Source of the DNA: Macrostomum lignano
Taxonomy: Eukaryota
DNA length: 64,000 nt
Reading direction: 5' to 3'
NCBI GenBank assembly: GCA_002269645.1
Contig: NIVC01000487.1
Span: 1-64,000 of the forward strand
In this document: in pieces, positions 25,036-38,769 of the stretch
How the letters are laid out: every line of letters begins with the position of its first letter
How positions within the stretch are numbered: position 1 is the first letter of the stretch
Made by a program: the position numbers and the translations under genes
The notes under the pieces: generated by a model
What the model was told of the DNA's origin: nothing
The model's input: the letters and a program-made list of their open reading frames with translations, nothing else
Database searches by the model: none

Positions 25036-28000
25036 ATGTCCGAAGCGGACCGTCAGCAGTATCAGCGACCCGGCGGCGAGCCGAGTGGCATCCACGACTC
25101 CGAGGTTGACTACAGCTCCCCGCTGCGCTACGGAACCGGCGGCGCTGGCGGCCCGCCGTCCGAGCAGCAGCCGACTTCGGTCTCCGGGGCCGGCGTCTCG
25201 TCCAATCGGTCCACCCAAAGGCCCGGCCTGCGCGAGGATCAGGCCGAGCGGCGCACCATCGCCTTGGAGCCGAACGCCGAGGACGGCGGCGTTGTCATCT
25301 GGGGCACCGATGTGAATGTCAGCCGGATTGAGCGGCTGTTCAGAACTTTTATTACTACATTCACTCCGCAGGTGAGCGCTTCAGGAGAGTTGTGCTGAAA
25401 TCTATATCGCCTTCCGCATCCTGATTCTGTAAATCGCCTTCCGCATCCTCATTCTGTGAATTCCCTTCCGCATCCTCATTCTGTAAATCACCTTCCGCAT
25501 CCTCATTCTGTAAATCGCCTTCCGCATCCTCATTCTGTAAATCACCTTCCGCATCCTCATTCTGTAAATCGCCTTCCGCATCCTCATTCTGTAAATCGCC
25601 TTCCGCATCCTCATTCTGTAAATCGCCTTCCGCATCCTCATTCTGTAAATCACCTTCCGCATCCTCATTCTGTAAATCACCTTCCGCATCCTCATTCTGT
25701 AAATCGCCTTCCGCATCTCATTCTGTGAATTCCCTTCCGCATCCTCATTCTGTAAATCGCCTTCCGCATCCTCATTCTGTAAATCGCCTTCCGCATCCTT
25801 ATTCTGTAAATCACCTTCCGCATTTTTATTCTGTAAATCGCCTTCCGCATCCTTATTCTGTAACTCGCCTTCCGCATCTTATTCTGTAAATTGCCTTCGG
25901 CATCCTCATTCTGTAAATCGCCTTCCGCATCCTCATTCTGTAAATTCCCTTCCGCATCCTTCTGTAAATCACCTTCCGCATCCTCAAATCGCCTTCCGCA
26001 TCCTCATTCTGTAAATCGCCTTCCGCATCCTCATTCTGTAAATTCCCTTCGGCATCCTCATTTTGTAAATCGCCTTCCGCATCCTCATTCTGTAAATTGT
26101 CTTCAACATCCTTATGCTATCAATCGCTTTCCACATCCTCATTCTGTACCTGTCTTCCTTAATCTCTTTCCAACTTCGTCTGTAACCTTCTGTACTACGG
26201 CGAATATTTTCTGCAGTTGCACATCTTTTTACTCTGCAGGAAGGCGCCCCGCCGCACTACATGGGCAAACTAGAAGAGATCTACGTGCTTGGCGATCGTC
26301 ACCTTGACATTGATTGCGTCCACCTGCGCCAGTACTCCGCTGAGTTGTACCGCCAACTGGTCACTTACCCGGGTGAGGTGATTCCGGCTCTGGACGTGGT
26401 CACTAATGCCATGTTCGCCGAGCAATACAGAGACGCAGTGCTCGAGCAAGAGATTATGGTGCGACCGTTTAACTGCGATCGGGCCAGGTCTCTGCGTGCC
26501 TTGGATCCCGAAGATATTGACCAGCTGGTGACTGTGCGGGGCATGGTCACCCGGCTGTCTCCCATCATACCGGAGATGCGAGTAGGCCTATTCACCTGCT
26601 CCCTGTGCGACCAGCAGGCGCAGAGTGTGCTAGACAGGGGCCGTATTGTTGAACCGGTGCTTTGTCCCACCTGTCAGGTGTGTGATTTATGATAATTGTA
26701 ATTGTATCAAATTAGGCTTTACTGTAGACAATTTTTCGAACGATTTATAATTTGCCAGACTCCGGCGGGTTATTTTAATTAAATATCGGAAGTCAATAAT
26801 ATAAAAGCTACTTAAGACGTGAGTTATGGAATTTTCCGAATTTAGTTTATTAATTTAGATTTATTCATTCAGAGAAAAAAGGCGCCCCAACACCCAGCTA
26901 GGCCGATAAACAGTTTGACTTGTGTCTGACTTTGCCCTCTCTCCTTACTGCTCTCTTATTGGCTGAGCCAGGTTAGGCCTGCCCCCTAGACGGAGTTTCG
27001 TCCGTCTCACCTCTCTCCTTACTGCTCTCCCATTGGCTCAGCTAGATTGGGCATTTCCCCTATGCGGAGTTTTGTCCGGCTCACATCTCTCCTTACCGCT
27101 CTCTCATTGGCTGAGCCAGATTGGGCCTGCTCCCATAGGCTGGGTTTCGTCTGTCTGGCGTTCACTTTTGTACATCGAGTTAAATGCTAGTTCATTATTA
27201 ACCCCATACGAGTATGCTCCTGAGCAGATCTGAGGCCGAGGAAAGCAACGGAAATTTCAGCTTCCACAATAAATTTTAGTGTCATTGCGTTGACGAACTA
27301 CTGAAAAGAGTAGAAGCTACTTTTTCACAATTTTAGTTGTGAGTGACTCTAGGAGTTTTTCTTTAAAAAAATAGAACGATTTTCCGGGATAATATTTACT
27401 TTTATATCTTACGTTTTTTCCGAGATGAGACTTGCCTTTTTCGGGAGCTATTTTTGTAAAACCTCTACATAAAAGTGTGTGTATAAAGGCTTCAATGATG
27501 ACAGCTTGTAGCAATTTAAGTCCAGCTGTCGAAGAGCTAAAATATGCAATGCCATCCGACTATTCAGGGTCGCAACAGTTTCGATCTGGTGCACAATCGG
27601 AGCAAATTCACCGACAAGCAGCGGGTTAAACTGCAAGAATCGCCGGACGAAATGCCAGCTGGCCAGACGCCGCAGACTTTATTGGTATACGCCTATGGCG
27701 ATCTGGTTGACACTGTACTACCTGGAGACCGGGTCACCATCACCGGGATCTATCGGGCCACGCCAATGCGAGCTAATCCCAGGTATGAATGTCCAGTTCT
27801 AGGCTTAGCATCGATACTAATTAAAGTGAGCTGTTTATGCATTCTTAAAAGCCGTCGCATCGCCCACCCCCACCCTACGCAGGCAGACGTCCATTCTGTC
27901 CGTGTTCCAGACCCACATCGACGTGGTGCACTTCGAACGCGAGAAGAGCGGCCCAGACGATATTGGCGATGGTAGCAACTGTCTGACCCCGGCCCGAGTT

Positions 28001-30747
28001 GAACAGCTGCGCTCGCTCAATCAGAAGGCCGATCTGTACGAGCGACTCAGCGCGGCCATAGCGCCGTCAATCTACGAGCACGAGGATATTAAGAAGGGCT
28101 TATTGCTGCAACTATTTGGCGGGGCTGATAAGCACTTTAAAGATGCTGGCCACTTCCGATCAGAGATTAACATTCTGCTGTGCGGAGACCCGGGCACGTC
28201 CAAGTCTCAGCTGCTGCACTATATCTACCGGCTCATGCCCAGGGGCCAGTACACGTCTGGCAAGGGCTCATCGGCTGTAGGATTGACAGCCTACGTTACT
28301 AAGGAGCCTGACACTGGCCAGGTGGCTCTGCAAACTGGTGCCCTGGTGCTGGCTGACAGGGGTAAACGCTTAGTTGCTGGCGGCTGCGTGTGCGTAATGT
28401 TGCATGTCGGCATGTCTGTCTGTCTGTTTGCATGCCCATGTGTCTTAGTGTCTGCTTGTATGCATGTCCATGTGTCTTAGTCTGCTTGTATGCATGTCCA
28501 TGTGTCTTAGTGTCTGCCTGTATGCATGTCAATGTGTCTATAGTGTCTGCCTGTATGCATGTCAATGTGTCTAGTGTCTGCTTGTATGCATGTCCATGTG
28601 TCTTAGTGTCTGCCTGTATGCATGTCAATATGTCTATAGTGTCTGCCTGTATGCATGTCAATGTGTCTAGTGTCTGCTTGTATGCATGTCCATGTGTCTT
28701 TGTGTCTGTCTTCTTGTATGCATGTCCATGTGTCTTAGTGTCTGTTTGTATGCATGTCCATGTGTCTTTGTGTCTGCCTGTATGCATGTCCATGTGTCTT
28801 TGTGTCTGCCTGTATGCTTGTCCATGTGTCTTAGTGTCTGCTTGTATGCATGTTCATGTGTCTTAGTGTCTGCTTGTATGCATGTCCATGTGTCTCTGTG
28901 TCTATGAATAAATATGTTTCTGTCTGTTTGTGTGTCTGTCTCTATCTCTATTTTTATGCCTGTAGTATTTCAGAATCACCGACCGGTCGTTTCTACTGAA
29001 AGCAGGCACACACGTGTGGGTGGCTACTCACACACGTGTTTGTGTTGCCAGTATAGAAACGAATGAATTGATTTCGAAAGTTGTCCAAACGTATTTGTAT
29101 GCCGTTCATTTTCTACCAAGCCAGTCCTCATCCTTCAATTAATCAATCAACAGGCATCTGCTGCATCGACGAGTTCGACAAGATGACCGACCACACCCGA
29201 TCGATTCTGCACGAGGTGATGGAACAGCAGACCCTGTCTCTGGCCAAGGCCGGCATTATTTGCCAGCTGAACGCGCGCACTTCAATCCTAGCCGCTGCCA
29301 ATCCTGCCCACTCCAATTGGGACATGCGCAAGAGCATAGTTGAGAATGTTCAACTAGGCCACGCCCTGCTCAGCCGTTTCGATCTCATCTTTCTCATGCT
29401 GGATCCGCAGGACGAGATGTACGATGCCCGTCTGGCCAGACACCTGGTCAGCTGCTACTACCGCGGCCAGGACGCCATGGCCGATGAGTCGGCCGACGCG
29501 CAGCTTATGCGCGACTATATTGGCTACGCTAAGGCCAACTTCCAGCCGAAACTGTCCGAAGAAGCGCGCATCTATCTGGTGTCCGAGTACGTTGAGATGC
29601 GCCGCATTGCCGGCCGCGGCGCCGTGTCCGCCTATCCGCGCCAGCTCGAATCGTTGATCCGTCTGGCCGAGGCGCACGCCAGGATGCGCTGGAGCAGCGA
29701 GGTCACCAAGACCGATTGTCAGGAGGCGCGTAGACTGCAGCGGGAGGCCTTGAAACAGGCGGCCACTGATCCGGCTACAGGGCTCATTGATGTTAATATT
29801 CTCACTACGGGTGAGTGTTGCTTGTGTCTAGTGTAGACATTTAGGCTTTTGATCCCTTCTGTTGTCTGTTGATCTCGCATCGTGTCTGTATTTCTCTGTC
29901 TGTTGATATTGTATCATTTCTGTATTTGTCTGCTGTAAATCTCGAGTCTGTCTGCTGTAAATCTCGAGTCTGTCTGCTGTCAATCTCGAGTCTGTAACTG
30001 TCTGCTGTCAATCTGGAGTCTGTAACTGTTTGCTGTCAATCTCGAGTCTTGTAACTGCTGTCAATCCTGAGTCTGTAACTTCTGCTGTCAATATCGAGTC
30101 GGTAATATCTGCTGTCAATCTCGAGTCTGTAACTGTCTGCTGTCAATATCGAGTCTGTAACTGTCTGCTGTCAATATCGAGTCTGTAACTGTCTGCTGTC
30201 AATCTCGAGTCGGTAATGTCTGCTGTCAATATCGAGTCTGTAACTGTCTGCTGTCAATCTCGAGTCTGTAACTGTCTGCTGTCAATCTCGAGTCTGTAAC
30301 TGTCTGCTGTCAATCTGGAGTCTGTAACTGTCTGCTGTCAATCTGGAGTCTGTAACTTCTGCTGTCAATCTCGAGTCTGTTACTGTCTGCTGTCAATCTC
30401 GAGTCTGTAACTGTCTGCTGTCAACCTGTCTACACGGCGGCACTGGTCAAATTGACAGCAGATAGCCACCGGACAAGTCCGTACACGAACCCTCAATAAG
30501 AGTCATGATACCATTTTTTGCAGGAATGTCTGCCTCCCTGCGCAAACGCCGCACAGAGGTGGCCCAGGCTGTGACCGCCTATCTGGAGGACAGCGGCGCC
30601 AAGGTGCTGACGATGCAGAAACTGCTGGAGGAGGTCCGCTCCCGCACAGAGCGACTCATTAGCCGCGACCTGCTGGAGGACGCGCTCAACCAGCTGCGCG
30701 TTGAAGGCCGGATCGACTGGAGCGGCAACACGGTGCGGCGCAGATAG
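25036..30747 (+). CDS. MCM4: DNA replication licensing factor MCM4, 6 exons, 782 aa
   Basis: Exons 25036-25371, 26240-26677, 27568-27782, 27883-28361, 29154-29810 and 30524-30747, all GT-AG and phase-consistent. Zinc finger, Walker A GDPGTSKS, Walker [10 protein letters not shown] and the SRFD arginine finger are present. Confidence 0.96.
25400..26150. repeat. 27-bp minisatellite in MCM4 intron 1 (TCGCCTTCCGCATCCTCATTCTGTAAA)
   Basis: Directly visible. Confidence 0.95.
26870..27195 (-). repeat. Dispersed CCAAT-subunit repeat (copy 2, three subunits) in MCM4 intron 2
   Basis: The reverse complement matches 20285-20570, including the GATGTACA flank and TTTATCGGCCT. Confidence 0.75.
28400..28905. 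repeat. 32-bp minisatellite in MCM4 intron 4 (TGTCTGCTTGTATGCATGTCCATGTGTCTTAG)
   Basis: Directly visible. Confidence 0.95.
29930..30425. repeat. 28-bp minisatellite in MCM4 intron 5 (CTGTCTGCTGTCAATCTCGAGTCTGTAA)
   Basis: Directly visible. Confidence 0.95.
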
Positions 30748-31607
30748 GTAGGGAGGACGGCCTGATGTGAACGGGCGATCTTGGACAAGAATTATCCATT
30801 CTAAATTGTGCCATTTTTAAGCAAATTTATTTCTCAAATATTTTACTGACTTCGCTAGTGTTGCTGCATTTTCAATTGAATTATTTTTGCAATGTCCTTC
30901 TTTTTCAGTTGGTCTTTTTAGGCAATAAGTTAAATTAATTAACTATTTTCTTTAACTCCCAATTTTACTGCATTTTGCTGGTTTTCAACCTTCCGCGATT
31001 CAACATTTTCAAGTGCGAGCTAGCACGAGTATTTAGTGCTTAATAAACTTTATTAAAATACAAATCGCGACTATGATACGATTGGTGCTTCAAACGGTAT
31101 TAAACCTAAAATACAGACATCGTTAGCCTTGCTTTTTCATTGCACTGTCTTCCTTCTGTGCAATTGGCATTCATACTATATAGCTGCAGTTGAATGAGGA
31201 GCACCTGAACTCGACATTGTACGAGCTAATGAAGTACGTTCTTGAAGTGACTCCCTTTAAGCCTTGCTCAATACCGCCAGATATTCGGTTGGATCGAAGA
31301 GGACTTGCTTAAAAAGTGCCGCTTGTACTATTGTTGCAAATAATTTCTGCCGTCGAGAGGCCTCGTACTGTCATGTCAATTCATCGTCTTCAATTAGGAA
31401 TTTAGATTCCACTGGAATTGAGGGATTTCTTTTACAATGTATTTTTCTCCCTCGACGAAATGTTCTCGTTCGGGAAATGTCTGTGAAGGAAGCCAATTTG
31501 ACCTTATTGACAATGGTAGTTTGCGGCGCGAGTGTTACGGTCATTATCTACGAGTACTGACGTAACCTACGACGCAACGGCATTTATAAATGACACACAT
31601 TGGCCAT

Positions 31608-31845
31608 GATGTCAGGTCATCAAGGGTGGCCATAATGTCAGGTCATCAAGGGTGGCCATAATGTCAGGTCATCAAGGGTGGCCATAATGTCAGGTCATCA
31701 AGGGTGGCCATAACGTCAAGTCATCAAGGGTGGCCATAATGTCAGGTCATCAAGGGTGGCCATAATGTCAGGTCATCAAGGGTGGCCATAGTGTCAGGTC
31801 ATCAAGGGTGGCCATAATGTCAGGTCATCTAGGGTGGCCATAATG
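31608..31845. repeat. 26-bp minisatellite (GGCCATAATGTCAGGTCATCAAGGGT)
   Basis: About 9 tandem copies. Confidence 0.95.
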
Positions 31846-32364
31846 CTATGCCTTTGCCTGCTTATGCCTAAAGCTTTGTGCAACTCAAATTCTCATTGAT
31901 TTAAAGCCTATAGAAAGCCATGTCTAAGTGTCGTTTGAGTCATCAATGCTTGCTCTTTTTAGATGCTGATTCATATTGCAATAAAAAATACGTAAATAGA
32001 TTCCCATTCCCTTATCTGATTGATGGGGAAAAACTGTCGAAAACAATTCGATGGGCAGGCGAAAGATTAGAATTGAATTTTTCTCCAAATATTAACGAAA
32101 ATTTCTATCTCAGTTGCCATGGTAACAGGGCGAACGAGGTGTCTAATTAACACAGACTGCTGGAGCCCCTGTTTCGTTTTTTTCTCCAAGCACGCGAAAA
32201 CCTAATCCCCTGGTGATAGCCATCTCTCCTTCATTGGCTGGAGTCTGGCTGCTCATCTGAGAATAAATCTTAGCTGCTCAGACTGCTCAGACCCTGGCTC
32301 GCTAGGAAAGCATCCATCTTAACCTCCTATACGTTTGCGACAGCCATCCTAGCTCAGTTCGAAA

Positions 32365-35300
32365 ATGGTGAGTCTTAAATTAATATGCATAGTGAATTTA
32401 AAACCAAATGCAACTCCTGCGATCTTAGCAATCAAGTTTGTTCCCGACCTGTATATACATGAAGGGCAGTCCATGACCGAGATGTTTGTCTATGGTACAA
32501 CCCCACATGCACATGTAATTCCATCCGTCCAGCATACTAAAAGTGAATGCGCGTGTGACACGTTTGTTTGAAAGCGAACCCTTGGACTGATCTACTCCAT
32601 TTTTGTACCATTTAATTGGAATTTGATCATAGATTGTATGATTCATTTTTCTTTGCTTGGGTTAATGAAAAGTGCCTCTAAAAGGTCCTTAATTTAATTT
32701 CCTTTATGTCCATTTGCTTTGCGTCTATTGTTAACCGAGCTTTGCCATTATTCTATGGCCTACCCGAGCCTTAATGATTGTCCAAGGAACGCCATTATTC
32801 CAGGCTTCCAACGCGCATTTCAACCATAGACAATACAGTTTATTTAACAGAAGTGACGATAAATACACTAGGAAATTGAGAATATGCTCGTACATACATG
32901 TAAATATAAAACATGCGAATAACCTGGCCCTGCCTTAGAAAACAGACCCTTTAAAGAGTCTTTAGTCTAGGAAAATCATAGTCTATGGTCGACCGTATAC
33001 CCTCTAACTCTTCCCTTTAGTCTTTCTATCCAAGCTCTAAAATTGTCTATGGCCAATCCTTTGAGAAAATTCTAGGCGGTACGCAATGAAAACATCTATG
33101 CGGTACGGAATGGAATGGTCGGTACGCAATGATCGCGGGACTCGGGTAGGCCATAGAATAATGAGCGTTTTTGACGAGTGGCAGTCGATCATTATTCAAG
33201 GCTAATACATACTACACAATCTACCATTGATACTTGAAGACTGCCCTGGAATTGTAACTTTATTCGAGACAACAGCAGAGCTAATTGCGGCTGTTTCTCT
33301 TGCTGAAGGGGCCTTAGGTGCATATGACATAGTTTCAACACTCATACATCTCATACTAAATGTCAATCATGAAATTTATCAGCGAGAGATGCTACTAATA
33401 TCGAAATGCTTCGTTTGATTGAGAGAGGACACACCCCTACGAGGTACTCAGCCATCTGTAATTACTCTTCGTCTCCTTTACGATCGGCATAGGATGCGTT
33501 ATGAATCCCTGCGTATTTTTGACCCCGCAATCAATCGCGATCCCTTGCACTTCTGATGCATCAAGTCAGCACTGATGGACACGTCATGCAGTCAATGTGG
33601 GTGACTATAACTGCTTTTTTCATGTGCAACTCTATTTGAATTCCCAGTTCGGCCACATTCACTTCTGCGCCAAACAGATGGTGCTGGAGAAATTCGACGA
33701 GAAGACCTGGGCTAAAATCCTGTGAGTTTCAAAACAGTGAGATCGTTGCTTTCTAGAGATGATAGCACTCCGCAATCACTGCTGCTACTCAACTGTAACC
33801 TGTGAATGCCCATTGCAGCCTCACGGCAGAACTCGACGACTACGAAGATTTCCAACTTTTAAAAGGCTACCCGGATCGGAAGACTTTTCTGCTGATTGAG
33901 ACCATCTCTAAAGTTGTTGGTGAGCCAATGCGCTGATTTGTAGGCGAAATTGTATGAATACCAACTCAAGTCTTTTGATGTACCGTCACTCTTCCCTGTG
34001 GGTCTGTGATGTACCGTCACTCTTCCCTGCGGGTCTGTGATGTACCGTCACTCTTCCCTGCGGGTCTGTGATGTACCGTCACTCTTCCCTGTGGGTCTGT
34101 GATGTACCGTCACTCTTCCCTGCGGGTCTGTGATGTACCGTCACTCTTCCCTGTGGGTCTGTGATGTACCGTCACTCTTCCCTGTGGGTCTTTGATGTAC
34201 CGTCACTCTTCCCTGCAGGTCTGTGATGTACTGTCACTCTTCCCTGCGGGTCTGTGATGTACTGTCACTCTTCCCTGCGGGTCTGTGATGCAAGGACTAC
34301 TTAACAACTCACTAACATCAGAGGACCCACAGGGAAGAGTGACGGTACATCAAGACACAAGACAAGAGAGACAGTCAAGGACTACTTATCAACTCAGGAC
34401 GCTACACTCGCGAATGGTAGAAATTCTAGAAAAAGCCCCTTGCTTTAGCTGTCTATGGCAATGAAGCCTTTTCACTAACATTCTTTCATATTCTCAATGC
34501 TGGTTCAGACCAGCACTGCTGGTTTGTAGTAATAATTTGTTTCGTCTAAAATCTTGATAAATAGCAACACTCTTTTTCATCAAAATGCCAATGAAGTGCT
34601 GCATCCCTGGATGCAGAAGCAATCATAAGAGCGGTGAAAAATGCACTGTTTTTGGCTTTCCAAAGGAAGAAGCTGAAGCTGAGGCATGGCTCAATGCGTT
34701 GCCTGTGCAAGTTAAGGTAATTTATGTAGCCTTTTGAACCTAATTTTTCGTTTCTACTATAAAGATACTTATATTAACTGAATTGTGATGATCATTCCAT
34801 TCTATCTGTAGAAGGCTAGCATCTACACGGGAGTCTGCAAAAATCACTCGCCTGAAAATGCACCACTGAAACGAATTAACCACCATACACGCCCCATCGA
34901 CCCACCCTCAATCTTTAAAGATTTTTCATTGACTTCCCTGCGTCAGACTGTCTCAAGTAAGTATGAATGGTTGTGTACTTTGTTTACTTACTAAGTTGTA
35001 TCAGCCTGTTTCAAATATTTTAGGACGCTCTAGAGATGCTGGTCGGCGAGGCGTGCTGTTAGTCGACAGAGCTAGGGCCCCTGATGAATGCTGTCGACAG
35101 AATTGTCTCGTGGGCTCTATTCATTACGTCAGCTTTGAGCCTGGATTTTGTTACCTCCGGAGGCTGGATTTTTCAATGTCAGGATTTGCGAGTCGATTTT
35201 TTGCTCATTCATGAGCGCACTGTTGAGTCCTTCGTTCGAGTTAAGAGCGAATTCACAGTCTTGGCGTATCGGCGCGATGTGCTTGTAAAGATTTCCATGA

Positions 35301-38300
35301 CATATTAGGTTTTCAGCACAGGTTGCAGCGCTACAGTCAGCTGGAAGCAATTGCAAGCTCTACAATCTCTGCAAGCTCTGCAGCTCAGTCAAACATAGAT
35401 GCGCTTCAGTCGATCTGTCTAGAATCATCTGATCCACGTCAGCAATATATTCTACGCCAATTTCAGCTAAGCTTTAAACCACCCGGTGGCGCTCGGTACA
35501 ACTGCATGGATATTTTGATGGCGGCTAAGATATATTTTGCTGGAAGACAAGCGTATTGAGCTGCGAGAGAACTAGCGTGTCTGCCTCATCCAGCTACTCT
35601 AAAACGGCACATCGGCGGACTCGGTTCAGTTGGTACAGATAAAGATTGTCAGCTTATTATTGAAGCTCATTTAAAGTGCTGCAGCCCGTTGCAGCGTATC
35701 TGCTCTATTGTCTTCGACGAAGTTTACGTGCAGCCTTCCTTACGTCTTCGTGGAGGCCACGTTATTGGATATGCAGAGGATGCACCATAAAATTTGGCAA
35801 GAACTACTCTAGCTATGATGGTTAAGCCATTTATGGGAGCTTCTGCTTTTGTCGCTCGACTCATTCCTATATACAGTCTACGACCAGAATTTTTGTACGA
35901 GCAAATCGTGCGGCTGTTAGAAATTTTGCATGGCCTCGGTGGAACAGCCATAGCCATAATCTGCGACAATCATTTCACTAATCAAAGCTGTTTCCGAAGA
36001 TTTCAGCGGGAGAGTGACTCACAACCATGGAAGGCAGTGAATCCAGTAAACAAGAATAAACCTTTGTTTCTACTTTACGACAGTGTTCATTTGATGAAGA
36101 ATATTCGCAACAACTGGTACACCCAATCGCACAGACAACTTGAGTTCCAGTCAATATCAGACAGCGGAGTATAGCTAGATGGAATGATATTATTGAAATT
36201 GAGGAGCGATCGCGTGGTCACGTAGTTCGACCAACTACGCTCAGTCCGGTGTCTTGCCACCCGTCACCATTGGAACGACAGAAAGTTTCACTAGTGCTTG
36301 ATGTGTTCAATGATAAAACGGTTGCTGCTCTTCGTTTGAATAGTCGTCTTGAAACAGCGGATTTCGTTGAGTGTACTAAAATTCTGGAAAATCGTAAACT
36401 GCAAGTCGCCATCTGCACACGTCCTACTTAATGACAAATATAGAGAGCCAATTAAGTCAAACGAGTGCGAAAATTTGACATTTCTACTCCAATTTGCTAC
36501 TCTGATTAAAGGGATGTCAGGCGGCCGAGGAGCGGGACGATTGCGTTCACTGACGACAGAGACACGAAACGCATTGTACCAAACTGTAAGAGGCCTTGTA
36601 GATTTAAGTAGCCATCTCATACAAGATTACGGCTTTTCTTAGGTGCTACTTGGTGAGTTTGATAATAATTAACAACTGCTAGATGAATATGCACACCGTT
36701 GTTTTTTATGAAAATCGACAGTGATTGTACTAAACCTTTTAGGTGAATGCCAGTCGGACCGACTCGAGGGAGAGTTTTCCATTTATCGTCAAGGTCATGG
36801 AGGCTGCTATTACATATCAGTGGATCAGATTATGGCTAGTGCTCGCCTCCGCCCCATGCAGCTCTATGCGCAACTTCAAGCTTCGCCACCAGATCACTCG
36901 CCATCAGCATGTTGTCAGCATGATGTCACCGATGAAGAGACTGTCAGTTTTGACGAGCTAAGTTTATCCGTTGCTCGAATTTCTACCGAAGAAAAAGCCT
37001 CTCTTTACTACATTTGTGGCTACGTTTCACACAAAGAAAATTTGCCTGACCGAACAATTGCAACAAGTTTGCCTGGTCTGGATACTTCCACTGCTTCATT
37101 CTCTAGGTTCTGGGCAGCGTTGTGTTAACAGTTCCGTGCTTGTATTTGAGAAAATCTTCGGAAAATTTTTTGATGTTCAACTGGACCGAGATCTGCTGCG
37201 TGGAGTGCCTCGAAGACTGGCCAACTCCATCTATAAAGGCATGGTGCGCAGAGATTCCGAGACGTCCAAACAATCAACCACCGTTTGCTCTCGCCGACTC
37301 TGCAAACTGAAGCCTAGCTGAATGTTTCTTTCAAACACCTGCATATTTTCTTTGTTATAGCCATCTATGTTTTCCTTATACAGTTATGTACGGAGTTTCC
37401 CAATTCCTTGCATATCGTACTTTTCAATTGTCATTTACAATTCTTATGCTGGGAATATTTGCATATATTTATTGTTTGTATAACTGTAAAAATAATTATT
37501 ATAGCGCAAAACTTTTATAATCCATAGAAATAAAGACTTTCCGTGACAATATTTGCGTTCTCCGGGATTTTATTTGGTAATATTCAATAATATCCCGTAA
37601 AGTCTTTATGTCTATGGTTTATACGAGATTACACATGCCTTTTTCGGGAGTTATTTTCATAAATCCCTCGGGCCTCAGGCCCTCGTGATTTATACAAATA
37701 ACTCCCTCAAAAGGCATGTTTAATCTGATACATAATCATCTGTCACTTAGTACTTGCTTCTTTATCCAAAAGGCTTATTAAAAAACCATAGACAGCCAAA
37801 TCAAGCGGCCTTTTCTAGAATTTCTACCATTCGCGAGTGTAGCGTCTTGAGTTGTTAAGTAGTCCTTGACTGTCACTCTTGTCTTGTGTCTTGATGTACC
37901 GTCACTCTTCCCTGTGGGTCCTCTGATGTACCGTCACTCTCCCCTTGGGTCTTTGATGTGCCGTCACTCTTCCCTGTCAGTCTTTTGATGTACCGTCACT
38001 CTTCCCTACGGGTCTGTGATGTACCGTCACTCTTTCCTGTGGGTCTTTTGATGTACCGTCACTCTTCCCTACGGGTCTGTGATGTACCGTCACTCTTTCC
38101 TGTGGGTCTTTTGATGTACCGTCACTCTCCCCTTGGGTCTTTGATGTACCGTCACTCTTTCCTGTGGGTCTTTTGATGTACCGTCACTCTTCCCTACGGG
38201 TCTGTGATGTACCGTCACTCTTCCCTGTGGGTCTTTGATGTACCGTCACTCTTCCCTGTGGGTCTTTGATGTACCGTCACTCTCTTCAATTAGTTCGTAT

Positions 38301-38657
38301 TCAGAACTTTTTTAAAAATTGCGGGTTTCCTGACTTATTGCGAAATTTCCCAATAAATCTTTTTTTAAGTTCAACATCGTAGAAATTAATCTCTCGTTCG
38401 GGGACAGCAGGAAACAGACAGCCTTAATTACAGATTGACTAATCACGCTCCGCTCAGTGCATTCAGCTCAGGCTGTTCGATAGAGATGAAACCAGGAGTA
38501 TAATTTTTGCACTAAGACAGTGCAAAGCTGGGTAGTCTAGTTAGTGGCTAAAGCTCTGCTGCGAGAGAACGGACATTAAGATTGAATTAGCATTGAAGCT
38601 AGCCTTGCTAATGAATGCTAAGTCATGCGATCTACTGTGTCTGTCCTTCTGTCTGAC

Positions 38658-38696
<39 letters not shown>

Positions 38697-38697
38697 T

Positions 38698-38769
<72 letters not shown>

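Larger units (their letters stand above)
33975..38285. repeat. 31-bp minisatellite (GATGTACCGTCACTCTTCCCTGTGGGTCTGT) split by the P element
   Basis: The same unit occurs at 33975-34290 and 37869-38285. Confidence 0.95.

Noticed and set aside
29354-29677. Antisense ORFs opposite MCM4, H2A.Z, TGS1 and cyclase exons
   Set aside because: These are expected shadows of GC-rich coding sequence, with no independent motifs or splice support.
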